Assembly (NCBI GenBank): GCA_045807865.1
Contig: JBJMGP010000060.1
Span: 43,991 to 107,990 of the forward strand
Length of the DNA stretch: 64,000 nucleotides
Direction of reading: 5' to 3'
From: Pyrinomonadaceae bacterium
GTDB lineage: Bacteria; Acidobacteriota; Blastocatellia; Pyrinomonadales; Pyrinomonadaceae
The position numbers were made by a program, and so were the translations under genes. This document shows, one piece after another, positions 31,892 to 43,556 of the stretch (position 1 is its first letter; the number at the start of each line of letters is the position of its first letter). The notes beneath the pieces are model-generated. The model was not told where the DNA came from. It saw only the letters and a list, made by a program, of their open reading frames with translations, and made no database searches.

Positions 31892-33984
31892 CTGGGCAGG
31901 TCTCCGTCAGGGGTTTTAGTCGCGGGAAGTACGATTCGGAACGTGCTGCCGCGACCCACGGCCGACTCCACGCCGATGCGACCGCCGTGTTCGGTAACAA
32001 TACCATAACAGACGGCGAGTCCTAACCCTGTGCCGCGCCCGACCTCCTTTGTCGTGAAGAACGGGTCGAAAATCCTCTCGCGGATCTCCTCGGGGATGCC
32101 GTGCCCGGTGTCGCTCACCTCGATGACGACCGCCTCGTTCTCTTCATCCTCCTCGCGCAGCGTGCGCATCGTGAGCGTCCCGCCCTCGGGCAGCGCGTCG
32201 ATGGCGTTCTCGGCGAGGATGATGACGGCCTGCTGCAACTGACCCATGTCGCCCGAGACGAGCGGGAGCGAGTCAGACAGCCCGACCTCGATCCTGATCG
32301 AGGCGCCCCGCTTCTGGTGCGCGAGCAGGCGCGCGGCCGACTCGACGACCTCCGAGAGGTTGACGGGCGCGGGCTCGACGGCGCGCGCGCGGCTGAAGTC
32401 GAGCAGGCCGTTCGTGATCTGCTTGCAGCGGAACGCCTCGCCGCGGATGAGTTGCAGGTACTCGCGCAGGTCTTCCACGTCCGCGCCTTCGCCGTAGACG
32501 CCCTCCGCGACGCGCGACTCAAGCGCCTCGGCGCAGGCCGCGATGGTGGCGAGCGGGTTGTTGATCTCGTGGACGACGCCCGCGGCTAAACGGCCGACGG
32601 CGGCGAGCCGCTCGGTGCGCGCGACGGCGCGGTTGGCCTGTACGCGCGCCGTGATGTCCTCGCCCACGGTGATGACGTGCGAGACCTCCTCGCCCTCGAT
32701 GCGCATCGGCACCTTGCTGACGAGCCAGTGGCGCGTCGAGCCGTCGCGGCTGCGGGACTCCTGCTCGATGCGCTGAATCTCGCCGGTGAGGAAGGCCGCC
32801 TCGAACTCGCGCTCCATCGCGTCGCGCGGCTGGCGCTTCAAGACCTCGAAGATGTTGCGGCCGAGCACGTCGCGGCGCGGGATGCCCTGGCCGCCCAGCT
32901 CGCGGTTGCGGTTCCAGGCGACGACGCGGTGGTCGCGGTCGATGGCGTAGAGCGAGACGGGCAGGGAGTCGATGATCGCCTCGGTGAAGCGACGCTGACT
33001 CTCGGCCTCGGCCGTGCGCCGCTCGACCTCGCGCGCGAGATGCACCGAGGCCGAGCGCGCGGCCTCATACAGAGTGGAGATGCGCGCGGCGAGCGCGGCC
33101 TGCTGCGCGGCGGCCTCGACCAGACGCTCCTCCGTCTGGCCGCAGGCGGTGCGGCGGTCGTAGGCGACGACGAGCGCGCCCAGAGCGCGCCCCTCGAAGC
33201 GGAGCGGCACGGCGAACTCGACGGCGTGCGCCTCGTCCCGGAGGAGGAACTCTTCCGGCTTCTCGACGCGCTTTGAAACGGACGGCGAGGTCGCGAGCCA
33301 GGCGCGCAGACGCTCCAGATGGACGAGCGAGGCGTCCTCCTCGGCGCTCCCCTCGCGGTCGAAGACGCAGACGGTCAAGCCCTCATTTTGTGAAGAGGGC
33401 GGGCGCGCCTGCTTGCCCGCGTCGCGGACGAGCACGGCCGCGGAGAGCGCCGTGTCCGCGCCCTCGAAGGTCGCGCCCGCGACGCGGCGGACGACCTCCG
33501 CCGGCGCAAGCGCGTGGAGCAGCCCGCGCCCGAGGTCCGCGATGAACGAAAGCTCGCGGTTGCTCCCGCGCAGCAGGCGCTCGCGCTCGGCGGATTGCAG
33601 GTGCGCGCCGACGCGCGTCAGAAGCTCGCGCGCGGTCGGCCCCTTGACGACGAAGTCGTCGGCGCCGGCGGCGAACGCCTCGACCTTATACTCCTCGCGG
33701 TCGTGCGACGAGAGGATGATGACGGGCAGGCGGCGGGTCGCGGCCTGCGCGCGCAGCAGGCGGCAGAGCGCGAGCCCGCTCACGCCGGGCAGTTCCACGT
33801 CGAGCACGACGAGGTCGCAGCCCTCCCGGTGCAGCTCGCGCAAAGCCTCGGCCGCGTCGCCGCAGGCGAGCACCCGGTGGCCCTCCGACTCGAACGCACG
33901 CCTGAGCCCCGCGCGCATGCGCTCGTCGTCTTCGACCACGAGGATGGTCGCGGCCTTCTCCGAAACCTGGGAAGGGACTGTCAT
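31888..33984 (-). CDS. hybrid sensor histidine kinase: N-terminal receiver, GAF-like, PAS, HisKA, HATPase
   Basis: 698 aa. ILVVEDD...[11 protein letters not shown]-box [13 protein letters not shown] boxes ILAENAIDA and DTGHGI...GTGLGLAV. Stop overlaps the NtrC-family start. Confidence 0.85.
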   Translation of the reverse strand: MTVPSQVSEKAATILVVEDDERMRAGLRRAFESEGHRVLACGDAAEALRELHREGCDLVVLDVELPGVSGLALCRLLRAQAATRRLPVIILSSHDREEYKVEAFAAGADDFVVKGPTARELLTRVGAHLQSAERERLLRGSNRELSFIADLGRGLLHALAPAEVVRRVAGATFEGADTALSAAVLVRDAGKQARPPSSQNEGLTVCVFDREGSAEEDASLVHLERLRAWLATSPSVSKRVEKPEEFLLRDEAHAVEFAVPLRFEGRALGALVVAYDRRTACGQTEERLVEAAAQQAALAARISTLYEAARSASVHLAREVERRTAEAESQRRFTEAIIDSLPVSLYAIDRDHRVVAWNRNRELGGQGIPRRDVLGRNIFEVLKRQPRDAMEREFEAAFLTGEIQRIEQESRSRDGSTRHWLVSKVPMRIEGEEVSHVITVGEDITARVQANRAVARTERLAAVGRLAAGVVHEINNPLATIAACAEALESRVAEGVYGEGADVEDLREYLQLIRGEAFRCKQITNGLLDFSRARAVEPAPVNLSEVVESAARLLAHQKRGASIRIEVGLSDSLPLVSGDMGQLQQAVIILAENAIDALPEGGTLTMRTLREEDEENEAVVIEVSDTGHGIPEEIRERIFDPFFTTKEVGRGTGLGLAVCYGIVTEHGGRIGVESAVGRGSTFRIVLPATKTPDGDLPS

Positions 33985-34140
33985 GTTCCTGCTTCGCTTA
34001 AACGTTCGCGCGGGGTCGGGGCGTGCGTCCCGCTCTGTGTGGAACGACTGAGGCTGTCAAACGGGGCCGAGGCGCGCCGCCCGGCGGGGGCACGCCTACT
34101 TTGATTGAAAACGACCGGGCGGTGGAAAGTCAAGAAGAAC

Positions 34141-34214
34141 GTAAGCCGTAAACCGTGAACCGTGACCAGAAGGAACTGCTTTCCTCTGGTCACGGTTCAC
34201 GGTTTACGGCTTAC
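34141..34214. repeat. heptamer-armed hairpin, CGTGAAC/CGTAAAC family, perfect 26-bp stem
   Basis: gtaagccgtaaaccgtgaaccgtgac (34141-34166) is the exact reverse complement of gtcacggttcacggtttacggcttac (34189-34214). Centre cagaaggaactgctttcctctg. It lies 5 nt beyond the stop of the upstream minus-strand gene. Confidence 0.9.
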
Positions 34215-34219
34215 GGGTT

Positions 34220-36745
<2,526 letters not shown>

Positions 36746-36757
36746 TCGCGCCTCCGA

Positions 36758-36820
36758 AACGATGAACTGCCAGCAGCTTGTCTTTCAGTTCATCGTTCAG
36801 CGTTCCTACTTCATCGTTCA
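36758..36820. repeat. hairpin plus direct repeat of TTCATCGTTCA immediately upstream of the HD-GYP/GGDEF gene SD
   Basis: aacgatgaact (36758-36768) pairs perfectly with agttcatcgtt (36787-36797). A second copy, ttcatcgttca, is at 36810-36820. The SD (reverse complement of cctcc, 36751-36755) is 2 nt from the stem. Confidence 0.6.
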
Positions 36821-37248
36821 AAACCGTCCGTCGCCGGGGGCGGGCGCCGGGAGCAAATCGGCACTCGCCTCCGGCGACGGGCTGGGGGGCAAGCGGCGGG
36901 CTGTCTGTGGCACTCGCCCGCCGTGCTGGGTGAGAAGTGGGAGGCGACGTTGTGACCTCGACTCTCTACGCCTCCCTTTCAAAGTGGACGCTTTCGCGCG
37001 TCGTAAACTGGTGCGGCCTTTCGTTCTCCGTGCGGTGAGTCCGAAGGGTTGCGCGTGCCGCGCCGCCCGCAAGCCGCGCCGTCTCTCTTAACAACATGCG
37101 TGCCGTCCGGCGGCGAAGAGTAAATAACTGTTTTTGGCTTGGAAAATGGCAGTCCCGCGCTCAGCGCTCGGGCGCAAGCTTCGGGCGGAGGTCAACTTGA
37201 CGCGTCAGCTTGATTCGAGGAGGGCAGAATGAACGGCGGATGTGTGAG

Positions 37249-37293
37249 ATATAAAAGCCGTGAGCGTGGGCAGGGATGCCCGCGCTCACGGCT
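37249..37293 (-). terminator. rho-independent terminator of the 37311-38141 gene
   Basis: On the minus strand: agccgtgagcgcg - loop - cgctcacggct followed by tttatat. Confidence 0.6.
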
Positions 37294-37310
37294 TGCTCCC
37301 GACCTGCTGG

Positions 37311-38141
37311 TCAGGCCCGCGGGTCACCTTTGAGGTAGTAGCCGGTGACCTTGCGGAAGGCGTCGGAGGTCTCCTTGCCGGCGAAGCCGTCCACCTTGAG
37401 GAAGATGCCCGGGAAGAGGTTGAGCGCCTTCTGGAGCGTCTCGCCCAGCGGCGTCTTCTGCTTGGTCGAGTAGGTGATGAGCGGCTCGAAGGAGGCGAGC
37501 GGGTCTACCGACACGGGGACGGGGACGGAGGCCGGCAGCGGGTGCCCCTCGACGTTGAACTGGATCGTTCCCTTCTCGGCCATGCGCCGCAGGAGCGCGG
37601 CCGCGCCGCACTGCCCCGAGACGGCCGTCTGCGACCATTTGCCGTCGGCCACGTACTTGCCGCTCTTGTACTGGTTCGTGAAGCTCCACAGGTAGGGCGT
37701 CAAAACGTCTGCGTGGAAACGCCGGTAGCCCCAGCCGTTGTACTCTTCCAGCTTGTAGAGCGTGCCCGGGATGCTCCAGTCCGTCCACTTGTCGAGCCGC
37801 TTGAGTTGCAGCGAGTCGGCCGCGCTCTCCTCCCAGGTGAAGGGCGGGTTGCCGGTCTTGGGGCGCCCGGCGGGGACTTGCACCGTGCGCGCCGTGAGCG
37901 GGTCGCCGTTGTGCAGGTGTTTCTTGAAGTTCTGCGACGCCTCCATGTTGTGGATGACCGCGATGAAGTACCAGGGGATGCCGAGCGGGTCGCCGACCGC
38001 CGCGTAGCGGTTGCGGTTCTGCTCGATGGTACCGACGAGGCCGTCCACGGTGCCCGAACGGTTGGGGTTGATGATGCAGGTGTCGAAAAGCTTCTGGTAC
38101 TCGTCCATAAGCTTCTGCGTTAGCGTGACAGGGGCGGCCAT
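37311..38141 (-). CDS. putative cell-wall-associated protein: lysozyme-family-like N-domain (unassigned) plus C-terminal PG_binding_1-like module
   Basis: 276 aa. EEYNGWGYR motif. C-terminal LQKALNLFPGIFLKVDGFAGKETSDAFRKVTG resembles a peptidoglycan-binding repeat. The family call is tentative. Confidence 0.5.
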   Translation of the reverse strand: MAAPVTLTQKLMDEYQKLFDTCIINPNRSGTVDGLVGTIEQNRNRYAAVGDPLGIPWYFIAVIHNMEASQNFKKHLHNGDPLTARTVQVPAGRPKTGNPPFTWEESAADSLQLKRLDKWTDWSIPGTLYKLEEYNGWGYRRFHADVLTPYLWSFTNQYKSGKYVADGKWSQTAVSGQCGAAALLRRMAEKGTIQFNVEGHPLPASVPVPVSVDPLASFEPLITYSTKQKTPLGETLQKALNLFPGIFLKVDGFAGKETSDAFRKVTGYYLKGDPRA

Positions 38142-38306
38142 CTGGTTCTCCTCGGTTCTGGCGGGTGCGTGGATGGTTGGACGCCGCAGAGGTTACGCCG
38201 ACCGGGGGCGCGCTGGCAAGCATTTTCGGCAGGGCGCGTTTGACAAGCCGCGCGGCCGGCGGGCACTCTCTTCGCCAAACTTCGGGAAGGGCGCGGCGGT
38301 GAACCT

Positions 38307-39629
38307 TTGGGAGTGAGCGCTGGCGAGCAGAGCATACGGGCGGCCGAAGGAGGGGGCTACCTCGACCTTTTGCGTGCGAACCGAGACTTCCGCATGCTCT
38401 GGCTCGGGCAGGTCGTCAGCCAGTTGGGCGACTGGTTCGACACCATCGCGCTCTTCACTCTGGTGCTGAGGCTGACGGGGTCGGGGCGCGCGGTGGGGCT
38501 GGTGCTCGTCGCGCGCTTCCTGCCGAGCGTCGTGCTGGGGCCGCTCTCGGGCGTGCTGGCCGACCGCTTCAACCGACGCCACATCATGATCGCGTCGGAC
38601 GTGATGCGCGCGCTCGTCGTGCTCGGCTTCCTCTTCGTCCGCAGGCCCGAGCAGGTCTGGCTCGTCTACCTCCTCACCGTCCTGCAACTCGCCTTCTCCG
38701 CCTTCTTCGAGCCGGCGCGCTCGGCGGCGCTGCCTTCGGTCGTGGCGGAGCGCGACCTCGTGACGGCCAACTCGATCTCTTCGGTCACGTGGTCGGTGAT
38801 GCTCACGCTCGGCGCGGCCGTGGGCGGCCCCGTCACCGGCTGGTTCGGCACCGATGTCGCCTTCGTCACAGACTCTCTGACCTACCTCGTCTCGGCCGCG
38901 CTCGTCTGGCGCGTGCGCCTGCCGAAGAGGGCGCCGCGGCCGAAGACGCCGCTCACGGCGGCGAAGGCGCTCGGGGTGACGGACACGCTCGAAGGCTTGC
39001 GCTACGTCTGGCACAGGCCGCGCGTGCTGGCGCTGCTGTTGGTGAAGCCCGCGTGGGGCTTAGGGGGCGGTATCCTGACGCTGCTGTCCGTCTTCGGCGA
39101 GAAGGTCTTCCGCCTGAGCCTGCACGCGGCGGTCGAAAACGCGGCGCTCGGCATCAGCGCACTCTACGCGGCGCGCGGCGTGGGGACGGCCTTGGGGCCG
39201 ATGTTCACGCGCCGCTTCTACAGCGAGACGCGCGCACAGATGCAGCGCGCCATCGGCTTCTCGTTCCTCGTCGCGGGCGTCTTTTACGTCGCGTTCGGCG
39301 GGGAGCAGAGCTTCGCGCTCGCGCTCTTCTGGCTCGCGGTCGCGCACGCCGGCGGGAGCGTGCTGTGGGTCTTCTCGACGGTGCTCTTGCAGTCGTCGGT
39401 CGAGGACGAGTTCCGCGGCCGTGTCTTCGCCGCCGAGTTGATGCTGATGACCCTGGCGATGGCTGCGTCGAACTACGCCACGGGTGAGGCGCTCGACCGC
39501 TTCGGGGTCTCGCCGCGCGCGGCGGCGGTCGCCATCGGCCTCTTCTTCCTCCTCCCCGGCCTCCTCTGGCTCCTCACGCGCCGCCTGTGGGACAGGGAGA
39601 CGAAGACCCGCGACGCCGCGCGCGGCTGA
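38307..39629 (+). CDS. MFS transporter
   Basis: 440 aa, 12 predicted TM. N-terminal NRDFRMLWLGQVVSQLGDWF, LADRFNRR loop. TTG start (an ATG at 38394 would truncate the conserved N-terminus). Confidence 0.85.
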   Translation: MGVSAGEQSIRAAEGGGYLDLLRANRDFRMLWLGQVVSQLGDWFDTIALFTLVLRLTGSGRAVGLVLVARFLPSVVLGPLSGVLADRFNRRHIMIASDVMRALVVLGFLFVRRPEQVWLVYLLTVLQLAFSAFFEPARSAALPSVVAERDLVTANSISSVTWSVMLTLGAAVGGPVTGWFGTDVAFVTDSLTYLVSAALVWRVRLPKRAPRPKTPLTAAKALGVTDTLEGLRYVWHRPRVLALLLVKPAWGLGGGILTLLSVFGEKVFRLSLHAAVENAALGISALYAARGVGTALGPMFTRRFYSETRAQMQRAIGFSFLVAGVFYVAFGGEQSFALALFWLAVAHAGGSVLWVFSTVLLQSSVEDEFRGRVFAAELMLMTLAMAASNYATGEALDRFGVSPRAAAVAIGLFFLLPGLLWLLTRRLWDRETKTRDAARG

Positions 39630-39691
39630 CGCAAGCAACTGCCTACTCTCCTTTTGCTTCGCCCGCCGGAAAGTGTTATTGGTTCAGCGGC

Positions 39692-40249
39692 ATGAAGGTT
39701 AAAGTCGGCGTGATGGGTTCGGCCGGCGAGGCCCCGCAGGGGGCTTCGGGCGAGGCGCTGCGCGCGAAGGCGGAGGCGTTGGGGCGCGCGTCCGCGGCGC
39801 GCGGGTGCGTGACGTTGACCGGCGGGACGACGGGGCTGCCGCACGCGGCGGGCGCGGCGGCGCACGCGGCCGGGGGCTTACACGTCGGCATCTCTCCCGC
39901 CTCGGACGCGCGCGAGCACGTCGAACGTTTCGGTCTGCCGCTCGAAGGCACGGACGTGCTCGTCTACACGGGCTTCGGGCTCAAGGGACGCAACGTCGTG
40001 CTCGTGCGCTCGTGCGACGTGGTGCTCATCTTCCGCGGCGGCATGGGGACGCTCAACGAGCTGACCGTCGCGCACGACGAGGGGCGCGTCGTCGGATGTC
40101 TCAAGGGCACGGGCGGCGTCGCCGACGAGGCCGAAAGGATACTCGGCGCCCTCCCGAAGAGATCAAGCGCGGTCGTCATCTTCGACGAAGAGCCCGAGCG
40201 CCTGCTCGAACGCTGCCTCGAAGCTTTTCATAAAAGTACCGAGGGTTGA
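39692..40249 (+). CDS. LOG / TIGR00725-family Rossmann protein (SLOG-type)
   Basis: 185 aa. VGVMGSAG, TGGTTGLPHAAG, RGGMGTLNELT. Confidence 0.7.
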   Translation: MKVKVGVMGSAGEAPQGASGEALRAKAEALGRASAARGCVTLTGGTTGLPHAAGAAAHAAGGLHVGISPASDAREHVERFGLPLEGTDVLVYTGFGLKGRNVVLVRSCDVVLIFRGGMGTLNELTVAHDEGRVVGCLKGTGGVADEAERILGALPKRSSAVVIFDEEPERLLERCLEAFHKSTEG

Positions 40250-40257
40250 GATTCCTT

Positions 40258-40917
40258 ATGGTGGCCAAGGGCTACGAGATCACGAACATCGTCGAGGCGC
40301 TGCGGGTCGGGAAGGGCCTGGCGGCGAGTGACTTCGACGACGGGGCGTGGAGGCGTGCGCGCGCGGCGCACATCGAGCGCTACTGGTCGGGCGAGGACGC
40401 GCCGCAAGGGCGCCGGGCCGAGGCGCGCGTGGCGTGGGACGCCCGAGGCTTCACCGTGCGCTTCGACTGTCGGCAGGAGGAGCCGCTCGTCGTGTCGAGT
40501 GCGCCGCGGCTCGAAGGCAAGACGATGCAGTTGTGGGATCGCGACGTGTGCGAGGTCTTCATCACGCCCGAGACCGAGCGCATCCAGCACTACTACGAGT
40601 TCGAGGTGGCCCCGACGGGCGAGTGGATCGACCTCGCGCTCACGGTCACGAAGGACGGGCGCGACACCCAATGGGACTTTCGCTCGGGCTTGACGGCCGC
40701 CGCGCGCGTCCGCCCCGGCTCGGTCACCTCTTCCCTGCGCGTCCCCTGGGAGGCGTTCGGTCGCGCGCCGCGCGCGGGCGAACGGTGGCGCTGCAACCTC
40801 TTCCGCTGCGTCGGCCAAGACCCCACCCGCGGCTACCTCGCCTGGCAGCCCACACACACACCCGAGCCCGCCTTCCACGTCCCCGAAAAGTTTGGGTGGA
40901 TAGTTTTTAAACCGTGA
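40258..40917 (+). CDS. carbohydrate-binding family 9-like (DOMON-like) protein
   Basis: 219 aa from the ATG at 40258 (the track's TTG at 40246 abuts the SD). ARVAWDARGFTVRFDC...WDRDVCEVFITP...YYEFEVAPTGEWIDL. The last codons ..FKP and the stop lie in the CGTGAAC repeat. Confidence 0.6.
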   Translation: MVAKGYEITNIVEALRVGKGLAASDFDDGAWRRARAAHIERYWSGEDAPQGRRAEARVAWDARGFTVRFDCRQEEPLVVSSAPRLEGKTMQLWDRDVCEVFITPETERIQHYYEFEVAPTGEWIDLALTVTKDGRDTQWDFRSGLTAAARVRPGSVTSSLRVPWEAFGRAPRAGERWRCNLFRCVGQDPTRGYLAWQPTHTPEPAFHVPEKFGWIVFKP

Positions 40918-40969
40918 ACCGTGACCAGAGAAAGTAGGCTCTTCTTCTGGTCACGGTTTACGGTTTACG
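40909..40969. repeat. heptamer-armed hairpin, CGTGAAC/CGTAAAC family, overlapping both convergent gene ends
   Basis: aaaccgtgaaccgtgac - cagagaaagtaggctcttcttctg - gtcacggtttacggtttacg. The plus-strand stop (40915-40917) and the minus-strand stop (40951-40953) are both inside the arms. Confidence 0.9.
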
Positions 40970-41379
40970 CTCTTCAGGTATTCAGCAAGTAGCGCGCGGT
41001 CGCCGTCTTCGTGGAGGTGGATGCCGAGGAGGAAGCCGGGGTCTGTCTGCCCGTCCTGGCCTTCGTCGAGGCGCTCGTAGCGGACGGGAGTGCCGTAGAG
41101 GCGCGCGCTCTGTTCGCCGAGCTTGAGCGTGAGCCGGAGCGTGACGCCTTCGCCGACGAGGTAGCGACCGCCGAGACGAATGGCGGGGAGGACGACCCCG
41201 AGGCCGCTCTCGCTGGCGTCGCGCGTGTGGCCGGCGACTCCGCCCGCGGGCGGCGCGCCCGGCGTGGAGTCGAGCAGAGAGACGAAGACCGCGAGGCGCA
41301 CCTGGTGCCTCGGCGCCCTCCGCCGGTTGCCCACGAACTCGCGCAGGCGGCTCGCGATTGTGCGTAGTAGCTCCGGCAT
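40951..41379 (-). CDS. PilZ domain protein (c-di-GMP receptor candidate)
   Basis: 142 aa from the ATG at 41379 after GAGGAGGA. RRAPRHQV ... DASESGLGV (RxxxR / DxSxxG). C-terminal ..VNRKP and the stop are encoded by the repeat. Confidence 0.7.
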   Translation of the reverse strand: MPELLRTIASRLREFVGNRRRAPRHQVRLAVFVSLLDSTPGAPPAGGVAGHTRDASESGLGVVLPAIRLGGRYLVGEGVTLRLTLKLGEQSARLYGTPVRYERLDEGQDGQTDPGFLLGIHLHEDGDRALLAEYLKSVNRKP

Positions 41380-41570
41380 CTCCTCCTCGCGCGTGCCCGA
41401 ACGGGGCAGGCGGATTCCGGGAGAGGTCTGAAAGCTGAACTGCGTTGAAGGAGGGGCTCTCGGCGGCCTTCCCCTTCCGGCGGTGAGTCCGTCAAGGCCG
41501 CTGTCTGGATTGTAGCCGCACGCGCGCGGCTGGCGCAATCGTTAACTTTGCCGCCGTCGGTCTTCAGCGC

Positions 41571-43526
41571 TCAGTTGTCGGGCGCCTCAAGCTCTATCCG
41601 GCTCGTCTCGCCCTCGCGCAGCGTGACGCGCGGGGCGACCGCCACTCGGCGCCTGACCTCCTGCTCGTAGCTGTTGAGCCCGGCCGTCCGCCGCGTCAAC
41701 ACCACGCGGTACTCGCCCGGCGGCGCGACGACGGGGCACGTACCTTTGACGCCCGTCATGCAGAAGATGGGGCGCGCGCCGGGCACCCACGCAGAGAGGT
41801 CGGCCGGCACGAGAGTGACGACGAGGTCGTTCGGCGGCCGCTTGCCGGCGGCGGCGCCGCCGCGGACGGTCACGTTCAGCGTCGCGGGGTTGCGCGCGAA
41901 GACGATGCGGACGCCCTCGGCCGAGGCGCCCTCGGTTAGCTCCAGAGGCTCGCGCAGCAGGTCTCTGCCGTTCCAGTTGATCGACTTGAGGTAGACGTTC
42001 CGGTCTTCGCCGCTGAGACCTGCCTGAAGGAAGAACTTGCCGGCCGACAGTCCCTCGATGACGAACCGGCCGCCGTCGATGCTCCCGGACGTGGAACTGC
42101 TCACGTCTTCGGGCGCGGCGCCGCCGTCGGCCACGCGCACCAGAGAGATGTAGCCGAAACGCGGCACGGCGCCGCCCTCGACCGAGACGGTGCCGGCAAT
42201 GCGCGCGCCGTCAGCGACCTCGACCACGAACTCGGACACGTCGGCCGAGACTTCGAGATTGCGTTGCGTGGGCGCGAAGGAGCGCTTGCGCCGCGGTGGG
42301 TGGTACTCGGCGGTGTTCATGTTCGTGACCCCGGCGCCGTCGCCGCCCGCCGCGGTCGGGGCCACGTTCGAGTTAGAGAGCGAGGCCGAAGACACTTCGT
42401 ACTCCTCGGGCGGCTTGACGTGGATGACGTAGGCGCCGTCGGGAATCTCTTTGAACTGCCAGCGCCCGCCCTCGTCGGTCGTCGTGGCATTCGGGTCAGA
42501 CTCGGGGGCCTCGTAGTAGGTGGCGGCAGTCGCCGCGGCCGCGGCGAGCGGGTCGTCGCGGCGCGCGAGGGTGACATGCGCGCGCGCGACGGGACGGCCG
42601 CCCCTTCGCGCGCGCACGACGCCGGAGAGGGTGCGCAGCTCGCGCTCGGGGATGGTGATGTCCACGTCGGCGTGCTCGTCGCCGGCCTCGACCTTGACGG
42701 AGCCGGCCTCTTTGAGGCTCGTCGCCGAAGGGTAGAAGGTCATCAGGAGTGGCGGGCTAAACAACCCGCGGAAGGCGCCCGAAACGTCGTCGCCCATGCG
42801 ACCCGCGCCGGCCTCCTCCGCGCCGTGGTTGACCGCCTCGTTGACGCCGATGAGGTACTCGCCCGGCGGCAGACCGATGAGGCGGAACATGCCGCGGTCG
42901 TCGGTGCGCAGACCCGCGAACGCAGCCAGGGACGCTCCCGTCAGGTACTTCTGGACGCGGCCGTCGGCGCCGCGGCGCATGAGGGTAACGCTGACGTTGA
43001 CCGCCGGGTCGCCGTCGGCGTACGAGACGCGCCCCGAGATGGCGCCGCCGCGGCGCGCGTGCACCGTCACGGTCGCGTCCTGCTTGCCGTCCACCTCAAA
43101 GCGGTCGAAGTACTTGTACCCCTCGCCGAGCTGGGGCGGGCCGGGCGAGGCGCGCAGGTCTTCGAGGCTGACGAAGCCGACGGGCGAGATCACGCCGGGC
43201 ACGTCCACGAAGGCGTAGTAGGCGCCGGCCCTCACGCCCTTGATCTGGAAGTCGCCGTGTGCATCCGTCAGCGCGCCGTACTCGCGGCGCCCGCCGCCGT
43301 CGGTGATGAGCAGGACGCGCGCGCGCCGCACGGGGCGGCTCGTGTCGTCGTAGACGGCGCGGCCGCGCACGACCGAGTCGTCCGGGACATCGGCCTGCTT
43401 CTCCTCCTGCGGCGCGGGCAGGCGGCGCGGACTCCCTGCCCCGGCCGGCGCGAACAGCGCACCGGCCAGCATGAAGAGCGCCGCCGAGGGCATCAGCCAC
43501 TTCGTTAAAGTGTGCGCGAGGTTCAT
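41571..43526 (-). CDS. secreted protein with multiple carboxypeptidase-regulatory-like (CarboxypepD_reg) domains
   Basis: 651 aa, signal peptide. Recurrent beta-sandwich repeats (VRGRAVYDDTSRPVRRARVLLI, ISGRVSYADGDPAVNVSVTL, LSGVVRARRGGRPVARAHVTL...). Confidence 0.7.
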   Translation of the reverse strand: MNLAHTLTKWLMPSAALFMLAGALFAPAGAGSPRRLPAPQEEKQADVPDDSVVRGRAVYDDTSRPVRRARVLLITDGGGRREYGALTDAHGDFQIKGVRAGAYYAFVDVPGVISPVGFVSLEDLRASPGPPQLGEGYKYFDRFEVDGKQDATVTVHARRGGAISGRVSYADGDPAVNVSVTLMRRGADGRVQKYLTGASLAAFAGLRTDDRGMFRLIGLPPGEYLIGVNEAVNHGAEEAGAGRMGDDVSGAFRGLFSPPLLMTFYPSATSLKEAGSVKVEAGDEHADVDITIPERELRTLSGVVRARRGGRPVARAHVTLARRDDPLAAAAATAATYYEAPESDPNATTTDEGGRWQFKEIPDGAYVIHVKPPEEYEVSSASLSNSNVAPTAAGGDGAGVTNMNTAEYHPPRRKRSFAPTQRNLEVSADVSEFVVEVADGARIAGTVSVEGGAVPRFGYISLVRVADGGAAPEDVSSSTSGSIDGGRFVIEGLSAGKFFLQAGLSGEDRNVYLKSINWNGRDLLREPLELTEGASAEGVRIVFARNPATLNVTVRGGAAAGKRPPNDLVVTLVPADLSAWVPGARPIFCMTGVKGTCPVVAPPGEYRVVLTRRTAGLNSYEQEVRRRVAVAPRVTLREGETSRIELEAPDN

Positions 43527-43556
43527 CGTCCTCCTGTTGAGGATGCCGGCGCGCCC

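Noticed and set aside
36880-36925. TGGCAC motif (36908-36913) as a possible sigma-54 -24 element in the long intergenic region.
   Set aside because: The required TTGC at the -12 position is absent (CGCC instead). It is also on the plus strand, pointing away from the HD-GYP/GGDEF gene toward the tail end of the convergent 37311-38141 gene, so it has no gene to drive.
37229-37333. 34-codon plus-strand ORF (MNGGCVRYKSRERGQGC...) with a good GAGGAGG SD.
   Set aside because: It runs straight through the terminator hairpin of the convergent gene and into that gene's 3' end. The composition is not protein-like, so the SD match is probably by chance.
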